A DNA stretch of 64,000 nucleotides, from contig DUQE01000049.1 of assembly GCA_012837925.1 (NCBI GenBank), positions 13,997-77,996 of the forward strand. Reading direction: 5' to 3'. Below are positions 9,527 through 23,419 of the stretch, piece after piece. The DNA comes from Bacillota bacterium. GTDB taxonomy: Bacteria; Bacillota; Limnochordia; Darwinibacteriales; Darwinibacteriaceae. Under the pieces are notes generated by a model. It was not told the origin of the DNA. It made no database searches and saw only the letters and a program-made list of their open reading frames with translations. The number at the start of each line of letters is the position of its first letter. Within the stretch, counting starts at the first letter, position 1. The translations under genes were made by a program, and so were the position numbers.

Positions 9527-9554
9527 ACAATATCACCAAGTCAAAGGTCTGTCA
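9527..9554 (-). promoter_or_regulatory. Candidate sigma-A promoter of the regulator/sugar-uptake operon
   Basis: Minus strand TTGACA, 16 nt, TATTGT. Confidence 0.35.
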
Positions 9555-9661
9555 ATCTTAAAAGGACTGACCTTTACATCCTGCGAAGTCCACAATGCGA
9601 ACCTTAAGTGCGCAAGCCACGTCAGGAAGCCCAGCTTGACCTCATTGATTATCAAGTTTTG

Positions 9662-9705
9662 GCAAAATAAAAAGCGGCAGAGTCTCACAAATGAGACTTT
9701 GCCGC
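9662..9705 (-). terminator. Rho-independent terminator downstream of eno
   Basis: Minus strand GCGGCAAAGUCUCA-uuug-UGAGACUCUGCCGC followed by UUUUUAUUUUG. Confidence 0.6.
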
Positions 9706-9722
9706 CTAAGGTTAGACTTCAA

Positions 9723-12541
<2,819 letters not shown>

Positions 12542-12565
12542 CGTCTCACTCACCTCTTCGGTTTC

Positions 12566-13309
12566 TTAGTACTTGACAATGCCAACAAAATCCTTAACGT
12601 TTAGACTCGCTCCGCCTACTAACGCTCCATCGATTTCGGGTTGTTCCATGAACTCGGCAATATTGCCAGGTTTCACACTGCCACCGTACTGAATTCTGAC
12701 CTTTTGAGCCTGTTCGTCGCCAAAGAGCTTGGCGAGGGTCTGGCGAATGGATGCGATCACTTCGTTAGCATCCTTGCCGTTGGATGTTTCACCAGTGCCA
12801 ATAGCCCAAATGGGTTCGTAAGCTATGACCACTTGTTCAATGAGCTCCGGACTTACACCAGCGAGGCCTTTGGTCGTCTGCGATACTACAACATTCTCCG
12901 TTTCGCCCGCTTTACGCTGGGCTAAGGTCTCGCCAACACATAGGATCGGTTTTAACCCAACCTCTAACGCCTTGAGAACCTTCTTGTTGATCAGTTCATC
13001 GTCTTCTTTGAATATCTCGCGACGTTCAGAGTGTCCCAAGATAACGTACTCGCATCCCACGTCTTCTAACATGGTTGCGGAGATCTCTCCTGTAAACGCT
13101 CCTGCTTCGGCAAAATACATGTTCTGAGCACCGATTTTAACCTTGTTCACCCCAAGGGCACTCAGTGATGAAAGGCTGGTGAAAGGAGCGCAAATCACAA
13201 CTTCAACAGCGCTATCTGCAACCATCTCATCAAGCTGACGGGCAAGCTCTACAGCTTCACCCACGTTCTTGTGCATCTTCCAGTTTCCCGCAATAATCGG
13301 GGTACGCAT
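12566..13309 (-). CDS. tpiA: Triosephosphate isomerase
   Basis: MRTPIIAGNWKMH... and active-site motifs (GHSERR; AYEPIWAIGTG). ATG 13309 with GAGGTG RBS. Confidence 0.9.
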   Translation of the reverse strand: MRTPIIAGNWKMHKNVGEAVELARQLDEMVADSAVEVVICAPFTSLSSLSALGVNKVKIGAQNMYFAEAGAFTGEISATMLEDVGCEYVILGHSERREIFKEDDELINKKVLKALEVGLKPILCVGETLAQRKAGETENVVVSQTTKGLAGVSPELIEQVVIAYEPIWAIGTGETSNGKDANEVIASIRQTLAKLFGDEQAQKVRIQYGGSVKPGNIAEFMEQPEIDGALVGGASLNVKDFVGIVKY

Positions 13310-13319
13310 TGTATCACCT

Positions 13320-14501
13320 CTATTTATCATTTAAAGCGGCCACACCTGGCAAAGTCTTGCCCTCTAAGAACTCAAGTGATGCACCGCCACCAGTGGAAAC
13401 GTGAGTCATCTTGCCTGCAAGACCCATCTGTTCCACAGCTGCTGCTGAGTCGCCACCGCCAATAATGGAAATGGCTGAAGAGTTGGCCAAAGCTTCAGCC
13501 AAACCTCTGGTTCCCGCAGCGAACGCTTCCATTTCAAATACTCCCATGGGACCGTTCCATACAACGGTTCCAGCCGTCTTGACTACTTCACTGAACAGCT
13601 CTGTTGTCTTTGGACCTGAATCCAAGCCTTCCCAGTCTGCAGGCATCTTATCGAAATCGACTACTTTGTACTCCGTGTCTTCACTGCGTTCTTTTCCGAC
13701 CACAATATCCACGGGGAACAGCAGCTTTACTCCCTTTTGTTCGGCCTTCACCATAACGTCGCGGGCGAAATCCAAGCGTTCTTCATCAAGAAGGGAGTTT
13801 CCGATTTCATATCCCTGGGCCTTGAAGAAGGTGTAAGCCATGCCCCCTCCAATGATTAGGGTATCTGCTTTATCCAAAAGGGATTCAATGACACCAATCT
13901 TATCTTTTACCTTGGCGCCTCCCAATATAGCTACGAAGGGACGCTTCGGTTCATCAAGTGCTCCACCTAGAAACTCCAGCTCTTTTTCCATAAGAAAACC
14001 CGAGACAGCTGGCAAATAGTCAGCGACTCCGGTGGTAGAAGCATGGGCCCTGTGGGCTGTACCGAATGCATCGTTTACAAAAACATCTCCAAGGGATGCC
14101 AATTTTTTGGCGAACTCTGGATCATTCTTTTCTTCTTCAGCATAAAAACGCACGTTTTCAAGCACCAGAACTTCACCTGGTTTCAGAGCATCAACGGCTT
14201 TGGCTACTTCAGGTCCGATACAATCGTCAACTTTTTGGACCGGCTGACCAAGAAGCTCACCAAGTCGCTTGGCTATTGGATCAAGACGCATGGACTCGTT
14301 AACGGCACCCTTTGGACGGCCAAAGTGTGACATGAGGATAACCTTCCCACCTTGTTTCACCAGGTGCTGAATACTGGGCAATGCGGCACGAATTCTCTTG
14401 TCATCGGTGATAACACCATCTTGCATAGGCACGTTGAAGTCAACGCGCATCAGCACTCGTTGACCTTGAACATTAATATCTGCAATCGTTTTTTTCGCCA
14501 T
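13320..14501 (-). CDS. pgk: Phosphoglycerate kinase
   Basis: [25 protein letters not shown]... ATG 14501 with GGAGGA RBS. Confidence 0.9.
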   Translation of the reverse strand: MAKKTIADINVQGQRVLMRVDFNVPMQDGVITDDKRIRAALPSIQHLVKQGGKVILMSHFGRPKGAVNESMRLDPIAKRLGELLGQPVQKVDDCIGPEVAKAVDALKPGEVLVLENVRFYAEEEKNDPEFAKKLASLGDVFVNDAFGTAHRAHASTTGVADYLPAVSGFLMEKELEFLGGALDEPKRPFVAILGGAKVKDKIGVIESLLDKADTLIIGGGMAYTFFKAQGYEIGNSLLDEERLDFARDVMVKAEQKGVKLLFPVDIVVGKERSEDTEYKVVDFDKMPADWEGLDSGPKTTELFSEVVKTAGTVVWNGPMGVFEMEAFAAGTRGLAEALANSSAISIIGGGDSAAAVEQMGLAGKMTHVSTGGGASLEFLEGKTLPGVAALNDK

Positions 14502-14562
14502 AAAAATCCTCCTCACAGCGGATGATCAACTAATTGTGAAGGGTTACGAGCTAGTGTCAGAT

Positions 14563-14587
14563 GATCCCCCCGCAAAGCGGGGGGATC
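14563..14587 (-). other. Perfect 11-bp GC-rich hairpin (GAUCCCCCCGC-aaa-GCGGGGGGAUC) in the gap-pgk intercistronic region
   Basis: A palindrome seen directly in the sequence with no adjacent U-tract, so not a classical terminator. It is a candidate mRNA stability/processing element. Confidence 0.4.
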
Positions 14588-14599
14588 TTGAGCCAAAGC

Positions 14600-16647
<2,048 letters not shown>

Positions 16648-16667
16648 AATAGACCACCTTCTTTCCC

Positions 16668-16706
16668 GGGACATTTGGCGACCCGCTGGGGTAAATTGCG
16701 TCCCAC
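16668..16706 (-). promoter_or_regulatory. CggR operator-like direct repeats
   Basis: Minus strand GGGAC-N6-TACC ... CGGGTC-N6-TGTC, resembling the B. subtilis CggR operator consensus CGGGAC-N6-TGTC direct repeats. Located between the candidate promoter and the cggR start. Confidence 0.35.
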
Positions 16707-16753
16707 CTCATCGCTAAATATTCTTCTTTTCCACATGGTTCCCTTCCGTGTCT

Positions 16754-16782
16754 TTGTTAATACTTGGTATTCAATTTGTCAA
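16754..16782 (-). promoter_or_regulatory. Candidate promoter of the cggR-gap operon (overlaps whiA 3' end)
   Basis: Minus strand TTGACA, 17 nt, TAACAA. Confidence 0.3.
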
Positions 16783-17683
16783 CTTGTTGCGCTTTTTCCC
16801 GAATCTGCCGAAAACGGTAGTTGACGCCTGATTTACTCATTTTTGGCACCATTAAATCCCCGATTTCCTGCAGCGATGCATAGGGATTCTCCATGCGAAC
16901 CCGGGCAATTTCTAGAAGTTTTGGAGGCAACTCCTCAAGGCCAATCGTCTCTTCGATGCGTTGAATATCTTCGAGCTGATCCATAGCGGCTTTCACTGTT
17001 TTATCCACATTGGCGGTTTCACAGTTAACGAGGCGATTGACTTGGTTGCGCATGTCTTTCATCACTCGCACATTTTCAAAGCGCAAAAGCGCATTGTGCG
17101 CACCCATTAAATTAAGCATGGTGACGATCTGGCCACCATCTTTCATGTAAACAACCAATGTTCCCTGCCTCTGGGTTACCCCCGCATCTAGACCCAGGGA
17201 GTTTATTATCTCTATTATACGCTCGGCCAGACGGCTCTGTTCTGCGGAGATTTCAAGGTGGTAAGCCCTTTCAGGATTCGTAATGGAACCGCTGCTCAGG
17301 AAGGCCCCCCGTAGGTACGCCCTGCGACAGCACTTCTTGCGCGGAATCTCCAAATCCCCCAGAACGCTTTGATCCCTAAAGTCCTGATAAACCTGTCCGG
17401 CATGTGCGCGACCCAAGACCCTCACGGTGCATATTTGGGCCCTCCTGGAGCGAGATTTCACTACCAGGACCTGCGTGGGCAAGTCCGGATAGAGACCCTT
17501 CAGGAGTAGCAGAATCTTGCGGGCCACCAAGGGCGATGAGTTGTTAAAGTCCATGACCTGATTGTTGGCCCCCAAAAGAAAGCCCCCGAGATCATAAAAA
17601 GCACTGAGCTCAGCAGTTCTACAACACCTGGCACTGGGAATCACGCGGGTTAACTCCTGCCTGACATCGTCCGAAAAGCTCAT
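16757..17683 (-). CDS. whiA: DNA-binding protein WhiA
   Basis: MSFSDDVRQELTRV..., LAGLIDGDGS-like homing-endonuclease-derived repeats, C-terminal HTH. ATG 17683 with AAAGGAGG RBS. The ORF-track start is over-extended. Confidence 0.85.
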   Translation of the reverse strand: MSFSDDVRQELTRVIPSARCCRTAELSAFYDLGGFLLGANNQVMDFNNSSPLVARKILLLLKGLYPDLPTQVLVVKSRSRRAQICTVRVLGRAHAGQVYQDFRDQSVLGDLEIPRKKCCRRAYLRGAFLSSGSITNPERAYHLEISAEQSRLAERIIEIINSLGLDAGVTQRQGTLVVYMKDGGQIVTMLNLMGAHNALLRFENVRVMKDMRNQVNRLVNCETANVDKTVKAAMDQLEDIQRIEETIGLEELPPKLLEIARVRMENPYASLQEIGDLMVPKMSKSGVNYRFRQIREKAQQVDKLNTKY

Positions 17684-18567
17684 TCGAACTCGCCTCCTTT
17701 CTTTCCCAATATCCAAACCCGGACACGCCATCCTTGAATTTCGCCTTTCACAATCACGGGAGTGTCCGAATCGTTCATGAACTTGAAATCCGTATAAGGC
17801 CAAGCCACTGTGGCGTCGAGGCCATGTTTGATATAGCTTGGTGCGACGGAATGGATACGGCGTTCTACAATCTGCAGTTCTGCTTCACGCACCGCATTGT
17901 ATAGTGTCGTGGACGACTGGCAGATGCCTCCGCCTACGCCTGGTACTACAGCTTCACCTAGAATAATGGGGGCGTTCCGATAGCCTCTTTCTATCGTCCG
18001 CTCCCCCACGATTTCATTGAACGAAAACACTTCCCCGGGTAAGACAATGGTATTATTGATGGCAGCCAGCGAAAGACGAATGTTCTCAACGCGACCTGGA
18101 CTGCCCAAGAGCGGAGTGGAAAAATCGCCTAACAAATCCGTGAGCTCCGCCAAATGTTCTGTACGAAAAAGGGGTACAACTTCAATCCCCTCCAAGCGAA
18201 TGAGACTCTTGGATGGAGCGGTTACCACGCTGTGCACAATAGCATCAACATCGAAATAGAGACCGTTTTTGTGCGGTATGATCTCTCCCGTCGTTTTCTC
18301 CAGGCTGGCATTTACCGGAGGACGTGTCCTATGACGGGCCATTTGCTCCACGATAACCCGCACTTCATCCTCATAATAGTATTCCATTCTTTGATCTTCT
18401 AAAACGACTCCAGCCCGCACTCCGAAAAATCTCCTGTGGATGGTCCGGTAGACCATAGGAAGACCCACACCCAGTGTTGATAACAGGAGTCCCATCGCAA
18501 TGATTCTTCGCATGCCACCCATCCCCCCTCCACAGTTTATGCAGAGGGAAGATCCAATAAGACCCAC
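17680..18567 (-). CDS. VanW-family protein, membrane-anchored
   Basis: N-terminal TM, then VanW domain hallmarks (GEVFSFNEIVGERT..., GGGICQSSTTLYNAV, DATVAW). 4-nt overlap with the whiA start. Confidence 0.75.
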   Translation of the reverse strand: MGLIGSSLCINCGGGMGGMRRIIAMGLLLSTLGVGLPMVYRTIHRRFFGVRAGVVLEDQRMEYYYEDEVRVIVEQMARHRTRPPVNASLEKTTGEIIPHKNGLYFDVDAIVHSVVTAPSKSLIRLEGIEVVPLFRTEHLAELTDLLGDFSTPLLGSPGRVENIRLSLAAINNTIVLPGEVFSFNEIVGERTIERGYRNAPIILGEAVVPGVGGGICQSSTTLYNAVREAELQIVERRIHSVAPSYIKHGLDATVAWPYTDFKFMNDSDTPVIVKGEIQGWRVRVWILGKKGGEFE

Positions 18568-18572
18568 AAGAC

Positions 18573-19901
18573 CTAGACTGCTCGTTCGCCATTCTTATGT
18601 TTCCCATGCGCGCTCGCAAGAAGCATAATCTCTGCAGCAAGCTTTTCGCTGTCATGACGAACCAGAGCCAAATGATCGAGAAGGTCCCCTTGATGCACCT
18701 GAACTCCTAGTTGTTGCAACTTATCGCTATCAACCAGTACCGGATGAGCTCCTTCCAGAGCATACTTCTTGGCCTGCGCATCGGAGATCAGCGCCTGGTT
18801 CACAATCACATAATCAAGAACATCCCGCCTGTTCACATGCCCCAACAAGGCGCGAACATGGTCACTGGCAGTATACCCATCTGTCTCACCGGGTTGCGTC
18901 ATCACATTACAGACATAGATGCGCAGAGCCGAGGTCTCGGCCAAAGCTTCAGCGAACCCAGGAATGAGTAGATTTGGGATGATACTAGTGTAGAGGCTTC
19001 CCGGTCCAACAACGACTACATCGGCTTGGAGAATGGCCTGTATGGCCTCGGGCAACGCCTTCGTATCCTTTGGTTCCAAAAACACCTGCTTGATCTTTCG
19101 GTTCTTCTGGGGTAGCAGGCTCTCGCCCATCATGGTGGAACCGTCTTCGTAGATAGCACCGATCCTCACGGAATCCAAGGTCGACGGCAACACCTTCCCC
19201 CGAACCGCCAGTACCTTACTAAAGGCACGGATAGACTCCTCAAAATCGCCGGTAATGTCCGTCATGGCTGCTATGAACAGGTTTCCGAAGCTGTGACCCT
19301 TGAGCCCTTCGCCCCACGCAAAGCGATACTGAAAGAGTTCCTCCATCAACGGCTCCGTGTCGGCCAGGGCCACAAGCGTGTTACGAATATCTCCGGGAGG
19401 CAAAATGCCCAAATCCTCACGGATCCTTCCCGAGCTTCCCCCATCATCCGCCACTGTCACAATGGCTGTCACATTAGAAGAATACTCCTTCAGACCCCGG
19501 AGCATGGTGGAAAGACCAGTTCCTCCGCCTATGGTCACTATGTGTAGTCCCTTTTGGAGGTTGCGCGACTTGTAGACATGTTCCACCAAGTTCGGCACAT
19601 CCGCGGGGTGAATCGCTTCGACCACTGAACGAATTCCATTACGGATCCCAAAGGATATAGCCACTGCGCCAATCATCATAAGCAGGATGCCCAAGATTAT
19701 GGGGTTCGGTTTCCAGGTCTCGACTAAGAAAAGAATCTTCTCTTCGTAGAGCGAAAGTAGAGGCGTGTTCCACAGCACAACAAGTCCCGTAGCGACAAGA
19801 AAGACGCCCAAGACCAATAAAGCCAACCACCTTTTCACACGCATACCAGGGTAAAGCCACTTCATCTTGTGCACACTGCCCACCCCCCTGTCACCCGCCA
19901 T
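18573..19901 (-). CDS. YvcK/CofD-family gluconeogenesis factor with N-terminal 2-TM extension and extended C-terminus
   Basis: Core motif LHIVTIGGGTGLSTMLRGLK...TVADDGGSSGRIREDLG. N-terminal ~100 aa are hydrophobic. The start may be ATG 19865 (MKWLY...). Confidence 0.8.
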   Translation of the reverse strand: MAGDRGVGSVHKMKWLYPGMRVKRWLALLVLGVFLVATGLVVLWNTPLLSLYEEKILFLVETWKPNPIILGILLMMIGAVAISFGIRNGIRSVVEAIHPADVPNLVEHVYKSRNLQKGLHIVTIGGGTGLSTMLRGLKEYSSNVTAIVTVADDGGSSGRIREDLGILPPGDIRNTLVALADTEPLMEELFQYRFAWGEGLKGHSFGNLFIAAMTDITGDFEESIRAFSKVLAVRGKVLPSTLDSVRIGAIYEDGSTMMGESLLPQKNRKIKQVFLEPKDTKALPEAIQAILQADVVVVGPGSLYTSIIPNLLIPGFAEALAETSALRIYVCNVMTQPGETDGYTASDHVRALLGHVNRRDVLDYVIVNQALISDAQAKKYALEGAHPVLVDSDKLQQLGVQVHQGDLLDHLALVRHDSEKLAAEIMLLASAHGKHKNGERAV

Positions 19902-19907
19902 ACATGA

Positions 19908-20630
19908 CTACAACTTACTGGCAGCCGCCTGATCCACCACAATAGTGACCGACGGATGCAATTGCAGAACGGACGCCGGCACTTCAGGCGTTACCGGTCC
20001 GTGCACAGCAGCGTAGATCGCCTCAGCCTTGCTGCCGCCGTTGGCCATAAGGACTATGTTCTTAGCATGCATAATACTCTTGATTCCCATGGAAATAGCC
20101 TGCGTCGGCACTTCATCTGGCGATGCAAAAAAGCGTGCATTGTCCCTAATCGTGCTTTCTGCCAGACTCACCACTTGCGTTGTAGAGCCAAAGGGTGTCC
20201 CAGGCTCATTAAACCCAATGTGCGCGTTCGTCCCAATCCCAAGCAACTGTAAGTCAATACCGCCCGCGTGTCGAATCAGTTCGTCATAGCGGCGACACTC
20301 TTCGTGAACATCTTTGGCCGTTCCGTTTGGAATGTGCGAGTTTTCGCGTTTAACATTGACTTTCGAAAAAAGATTTTCTTCCATGTAGTACCGATAACTT
20401 TGGGGGTGATCCGCTGCCAAGCCCACGTACTCATCGAGGTTAAACGTGACAACCTGACTGAAATCTACTCCGCTGCGATGGTACTCTTCCAACAGTCTAT
20501 ACACACCAAGAGGAGAGCTCCCGGTAGCTAAACCCAAGACACTGTTTGGCTTACACTTGATTTGTGCGCTGACCATCTTGGCTACTTCTTCACTCATACT
20601 GTCATAATTATTCACCACAACAATATTCAT
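19908..20630 (-). CDS. nagB: Glucosamine-6-phosphate deaminase
   Basis: MNIVVVNNYDSMSEEVAKMV... NagB family. ATG 20630 with GAGGTG RBS. Confidence 0.9.
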   Translation of the reverse strand: MNIVVVNNYDSMSEEVAKMVSAQIKCKPNSVLGLATGSSPLGVYRLLEEYHRSGVDFSQVVTFNLDEYVGLAADHPQSYRYYMEENLFSKVNVKRENSHIPNGTAKDVHEECRRYDELIRHAGGIDLQLLGIGTNAHIGFNEPGTPFGSTTQVVSLAESTIRDNARFFASPDEVPTQAISMGIKSIMHAKNIVLMANGGSKAEAIYAAVHGPVTPEVPASVLQLHPSVTIVVDQAAASKL

Positions 20631-20646
20631 CCCAGTCACCTCTCTC

Positions 20647-21828
20647 TTAGTCTGCACTGTACGCTACTTTACCTGCAATGATCGTCTTTTGCACTTCAAA
20701 ATCATCTGTCAAAAGGACAAAGTCGGCCCTATTTCCTTCTCGAATCCGACCTCTATCCTTTAGTCCAATCGATTGGGCCGGATTGGAGCTGGCCATGGTG
20801 AAGGCCTCTGGAATCGATACGCCGATCTCCTGAATCATGTTCTTTACAGCACGTAGCATCGTCAACGTGCTCCCGGCCAGGTTGCCTTCAGCGAGACGTG
20901 CGGCACCATCGCTCACAAAGATCTGCTGGTCTCCTAACATGTATTCACCATCAGGGAGCCCGGTCGCCTGTACGGCATCTGTAATCAAGACAATTCTCTC
21001 CGTACCGACACTGCTAAGCATTACCTTAATCGCCCCTGGATGAACGTGGACCAAGTCTGCAATCAGCTCAGCCCAAATTCCGGGATAGGACAAGATAGCG
21101 CCCAATACTCCCGGTTCGCGATGGTGAAGACCTCGCATGCCATTGTACGTATGTGTGGCATGCGTTATGCCAGCTTCAAACCCGGCAATAGCTTCCTCAT
21201 AGGTTGCGTCAGAGTGACCGATGGAGACCGTTACTCCTCTTCCTTTAAGCCACCTTATGGCCTCAAGGCATCCGGGAATCTCCGGAGCCAACGTAATCAA
21301 ACGCAACTTCTCTCCGAGAATCGCATACAGTTCCTCCAACTCACTTAAGTCAGCTGGTCTAATCGCAGGACCATATTGGGCTCCTTTATACTTCTCATTA
21401 ATGTACGGTCCTTCTAGATGAACACCAAGAACCTCCGCTTCATCGTCTGCACCAACGTAGTTGGCTACGAGTTCTGCGACGGCACGCGTCTTGTCTTTCA
21501 TGGCCGTTACCGTACTGGGTAAGAAACTAACGGTGCCAGACTTAGCCAAGTAGCGAGCCATCCTGCGCATCGCCTCTTCGGTTCCGTCCATGAGTTCGAG
21601 CCCCGCCGAACCGTGCATGTGAACGTCAATAAAGCCAGGAGCAATAAATCCTCCCTCAGCGTCGATGATCTCAAACACACCCGGGATCGCCGCTTTTTTG
21701 ATCTTCTCGCCTTCTTCTTCATTGCCAACATACATAATGCGGTCACCGATCGTGACAACTGTACCTCTTGTGATCAGTTCATTCGTAACAACGGTACCAT
21801 TTGTGATAATTAGGTGTTTCTTTGCCAT
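20647..21828 (-). CDS. nagA: N-acetylglucosamine-6-phosphate deacetylase
   Basis: MAKKHLIITNGTVVT..., GFIDVHMHG metal-binding motif. ATG 21828 with GAGGAGGTG RBS. Confidence 0.9.
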   Translation of the reverse strand: MAKKHLIITNGTVVTNELITRGTVVTIGDRIMYVGNEEEGEKIKKAAIPGVFEIIDAEGGFIAPGFIDVHMHGSAGLELMDGTEEAMRRMARYLAKSGTVSFLPSTVTAMKDKTRAVAELVANYVGADDEAEVLGVHLEGPYINEKYKGAQYGPAIRPADLSELEELYAILGEKLRLITLAPEIPGCLEAIRWLKGRGVTVSIGHSDATYEEAIAGFEAGITHATHTYNGMRGLHHREPGVLGAILSYPGIWAELIADLVHVHPGAIKVMLSSVGTERIVLITDAVQATGLPDGEYMLGDQQIFVSDGAARLAEGNLAGSTLTMLRAVKNMIQEIGVSIPEAFTMASSNPAQSIGLKDRGRIREGNRADFVLLTDDFEVQKTIIAGKVAYSAD

Positions 21829-21908
21829 CCTACTGCACCTCCTCGAGTGATTATGCGTTACCCAGACGAGTTCCGAACCAGTTAACACAGAGTAAATAGT
21901 AATCTTAC

Positions 21909-21938
21909 TTGCATATTGTTGCATTCGGGTTGTATAAT
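21909..21938 (+). promoter_or_regulatory. Sigma-A promoter with extended -10 for the amino-acid ABC genes
   Basis: TTGCAT, 18 nt, TGTATAAT. Confidence 0.45.
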
Positions 21939-21975
21939 AAGTCTAATACTTTTTGGGAAGGATGTACGTACTACT

Positions 21976-22728
21976 ATGAAAAAAATCCTTGTACTCACGC
22001 TTGTCGTCGTGTTGTTGTTGAGCCTCTCTAGTTTGGCCTTCGGTCAAGGCGTACTCAAAGTAGCGACCGAAGCTGGTTTCATGCCCTTCGAGTATGTTTC
22101 GGAAGAGGGGGGCCTTCTAGGCTTCGATATGGATCTCATTCGGGCCATCGGTGATATACTTGGTCTCGATGTTGTAATTGATAATATCAGTTGGGACGGG
22201 CTTATTCCAGCCCTTTTGAATTACAATTACGATGCTGTGATTGCCGGTGTCACGATTACCCCCGAGCGACAAGCCAACGTAAACTTCTCGAACCCCTATT
22301 TCGAGTCGGTCCTGACACTTGTAACGAAAGAGAATGTAACCAACGTTGCCAGCCTCGATGACTTAGCCGGCAAGACAGCTGCAGTGCAAATCAGTACGAC
22401 CGGTGACTTTACCGCCAGCGACCTTTATGATGCTGGCCAGCTCAAGAACCTGTCCCGTTTTGATACTGTAGCAGACGCCATGCAAGCCGTCATTATTGGA
22501 GTAGCAGACGTTGTCGTCGTAGACCTTCCCGTGGCAGAAGCCTATCTTAAAGCCAATCCCAATGCTCCACTAAAGGCCATGGGCGCCGTATCGGCCAATG
22601 AATATTACGGTATTGCCATTCACAAAAACAACACGCAACTACTTGAACAGATCAACGCCGCTTTGGACGAACTGAAGGCTAACGGAACCTACGCGGCCAT
22701 CTACGAAACCTGGTTTGGAGCAAAATAA
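21976..22728 (+). CDS. Polar amino-acid ABC transporter substrate-binding protein (family 3)
   Basis: Signal peptide MKKILVLTLVVVLLLSLSSLAFG, then an SBP_bac_3 domain (GFDMDLIRAIGDILGLDVV). Confidence 0.8.
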   Translation: MKKILVLTLVVVLLLSLSSLAFGQGVLKVATEAGFMPFEYVSEEGGLLGFDMDLIRAIGDILGLDVVIDNISWDGLIPALLNYNYDAVIAGVTITPERQANVNFSNPYFESVLTLVTKENVTNVASLDDLAGKTAAVQISTTGDFTASDLYDAGQLKNLSRFDTVADAMQAVIIGVADVVVVDLPVAEAYLKANPNAPLKAMGAVSANEYYGIAIHKNNTQLLEQINAALDELKANGTYAAIYETWFGAK

Positions 22729-22762
22729 GTAATCCAGGATATGCTGGAAAGGAGATTTTACC

Positions 22763-23419
22763 TTGGACTTTCGCTGGGATCTTGTTTGGAGCTCGCTGCC
22801 AACACTGTTGACAGGGGCCAAACTAACAGTACAACTGACCTCCATCTCGGTCTTTTTCGGCATTATCCTAGGCACACTAGCTGGTATAACCAGAATTACC
22901 AAGGGTCCTCTTAAGGCTGCATCAGCGACATACATTGACGTAATTCGTGGAACGCCCCTTCTGGTGCAAACCTTCCTGATCTTTTACGGTCTGCCAAGCA
23001 TCATTCAACGCCCGATTCCCGCCTACCTGGCCGCTGTCTTGGCTTTGAGCATTAACAGCGGTGCCTATGTTGGCGAGATCGTGCGATCTGGCATCCAATC
23101 CATTGATCGGGGACAATGGGAAGCAGCAGCGTCTCTGGGGCATTCCCGTATCCAAACGCTAGGCTACATCATCTTGCCCCAAGCCTTTCGAAGAATGCTG
23201 CCTCCCTTGGGCAATGAGTTTATCGCACTCTTGAAAGACTCTTCGCTAGTATCGGTGATTGCCCTCGAAGAATTAGTTCGCAAAGGACAGCTCATCATTG
23301 GGCGCACGTTCCGTCCCTTCGAAGTATGGTTCGCAGTGGCCGTAATCTACTTTGTGATGACCTTTACGGTATCCAGATTCGTCAATCTGCTGGAGCGACG
23401 GACAACACTGCAATCCTAG
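22763..23419 (+). CDS. Polar amino-acid ABC transporter permease (HisM/GlnP-like)
   Basis: TTG start with AAAGGAG RBS. EAA-type loop (EAAASLGHSRIQTLGYIILP). 5 TM segments. Confidence 0.8.
   Translation: MDFRWDLVWSSLPTLLTGAKLTVQLTSISVFFGIILGTLAGITRITKGPLKAASATYIDVIRGTPLLVQTFLIFYGLPSIIQRPIPAYLAAVLALSINSGAYVGEIVRSGIQSIDRGQWEAAASLGHSRIQTLGYIILPQAFRRMLPPLGNEFIALLKDSSLVSVIALEELVRKGQLIIGRTFRPFEVWFAVAVIYFVMTFTVSRFVNLLERRTTLQS

Noticed and set aside
8319-9539. ORF-track TTG start (9539) for the AraR-like regulator, and similar N-terminally extended calls (6938..8353, 16757..17803, 20647..21924, 19908..20657, 50512..52017, 58527..60917, 12566..13330, 13320..14516)
   Set aside because: In each case an internal ATG/GTG has a proper Shine-Dalgarno at 5-9 nt and yields the canonical N-terminus of the family. 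The extensions run into promoters, operators or upstream genes.
21829-21905. NagR/DasR dre-like operator upstream of nagA (ACTGGTtcggAACTCGTCT)
   Set aside because: Only a loose resemblance to the AGTGGTCTAGACCACT consensus. It is not palindromic and no nagR gene is nearby. Too weak to call.
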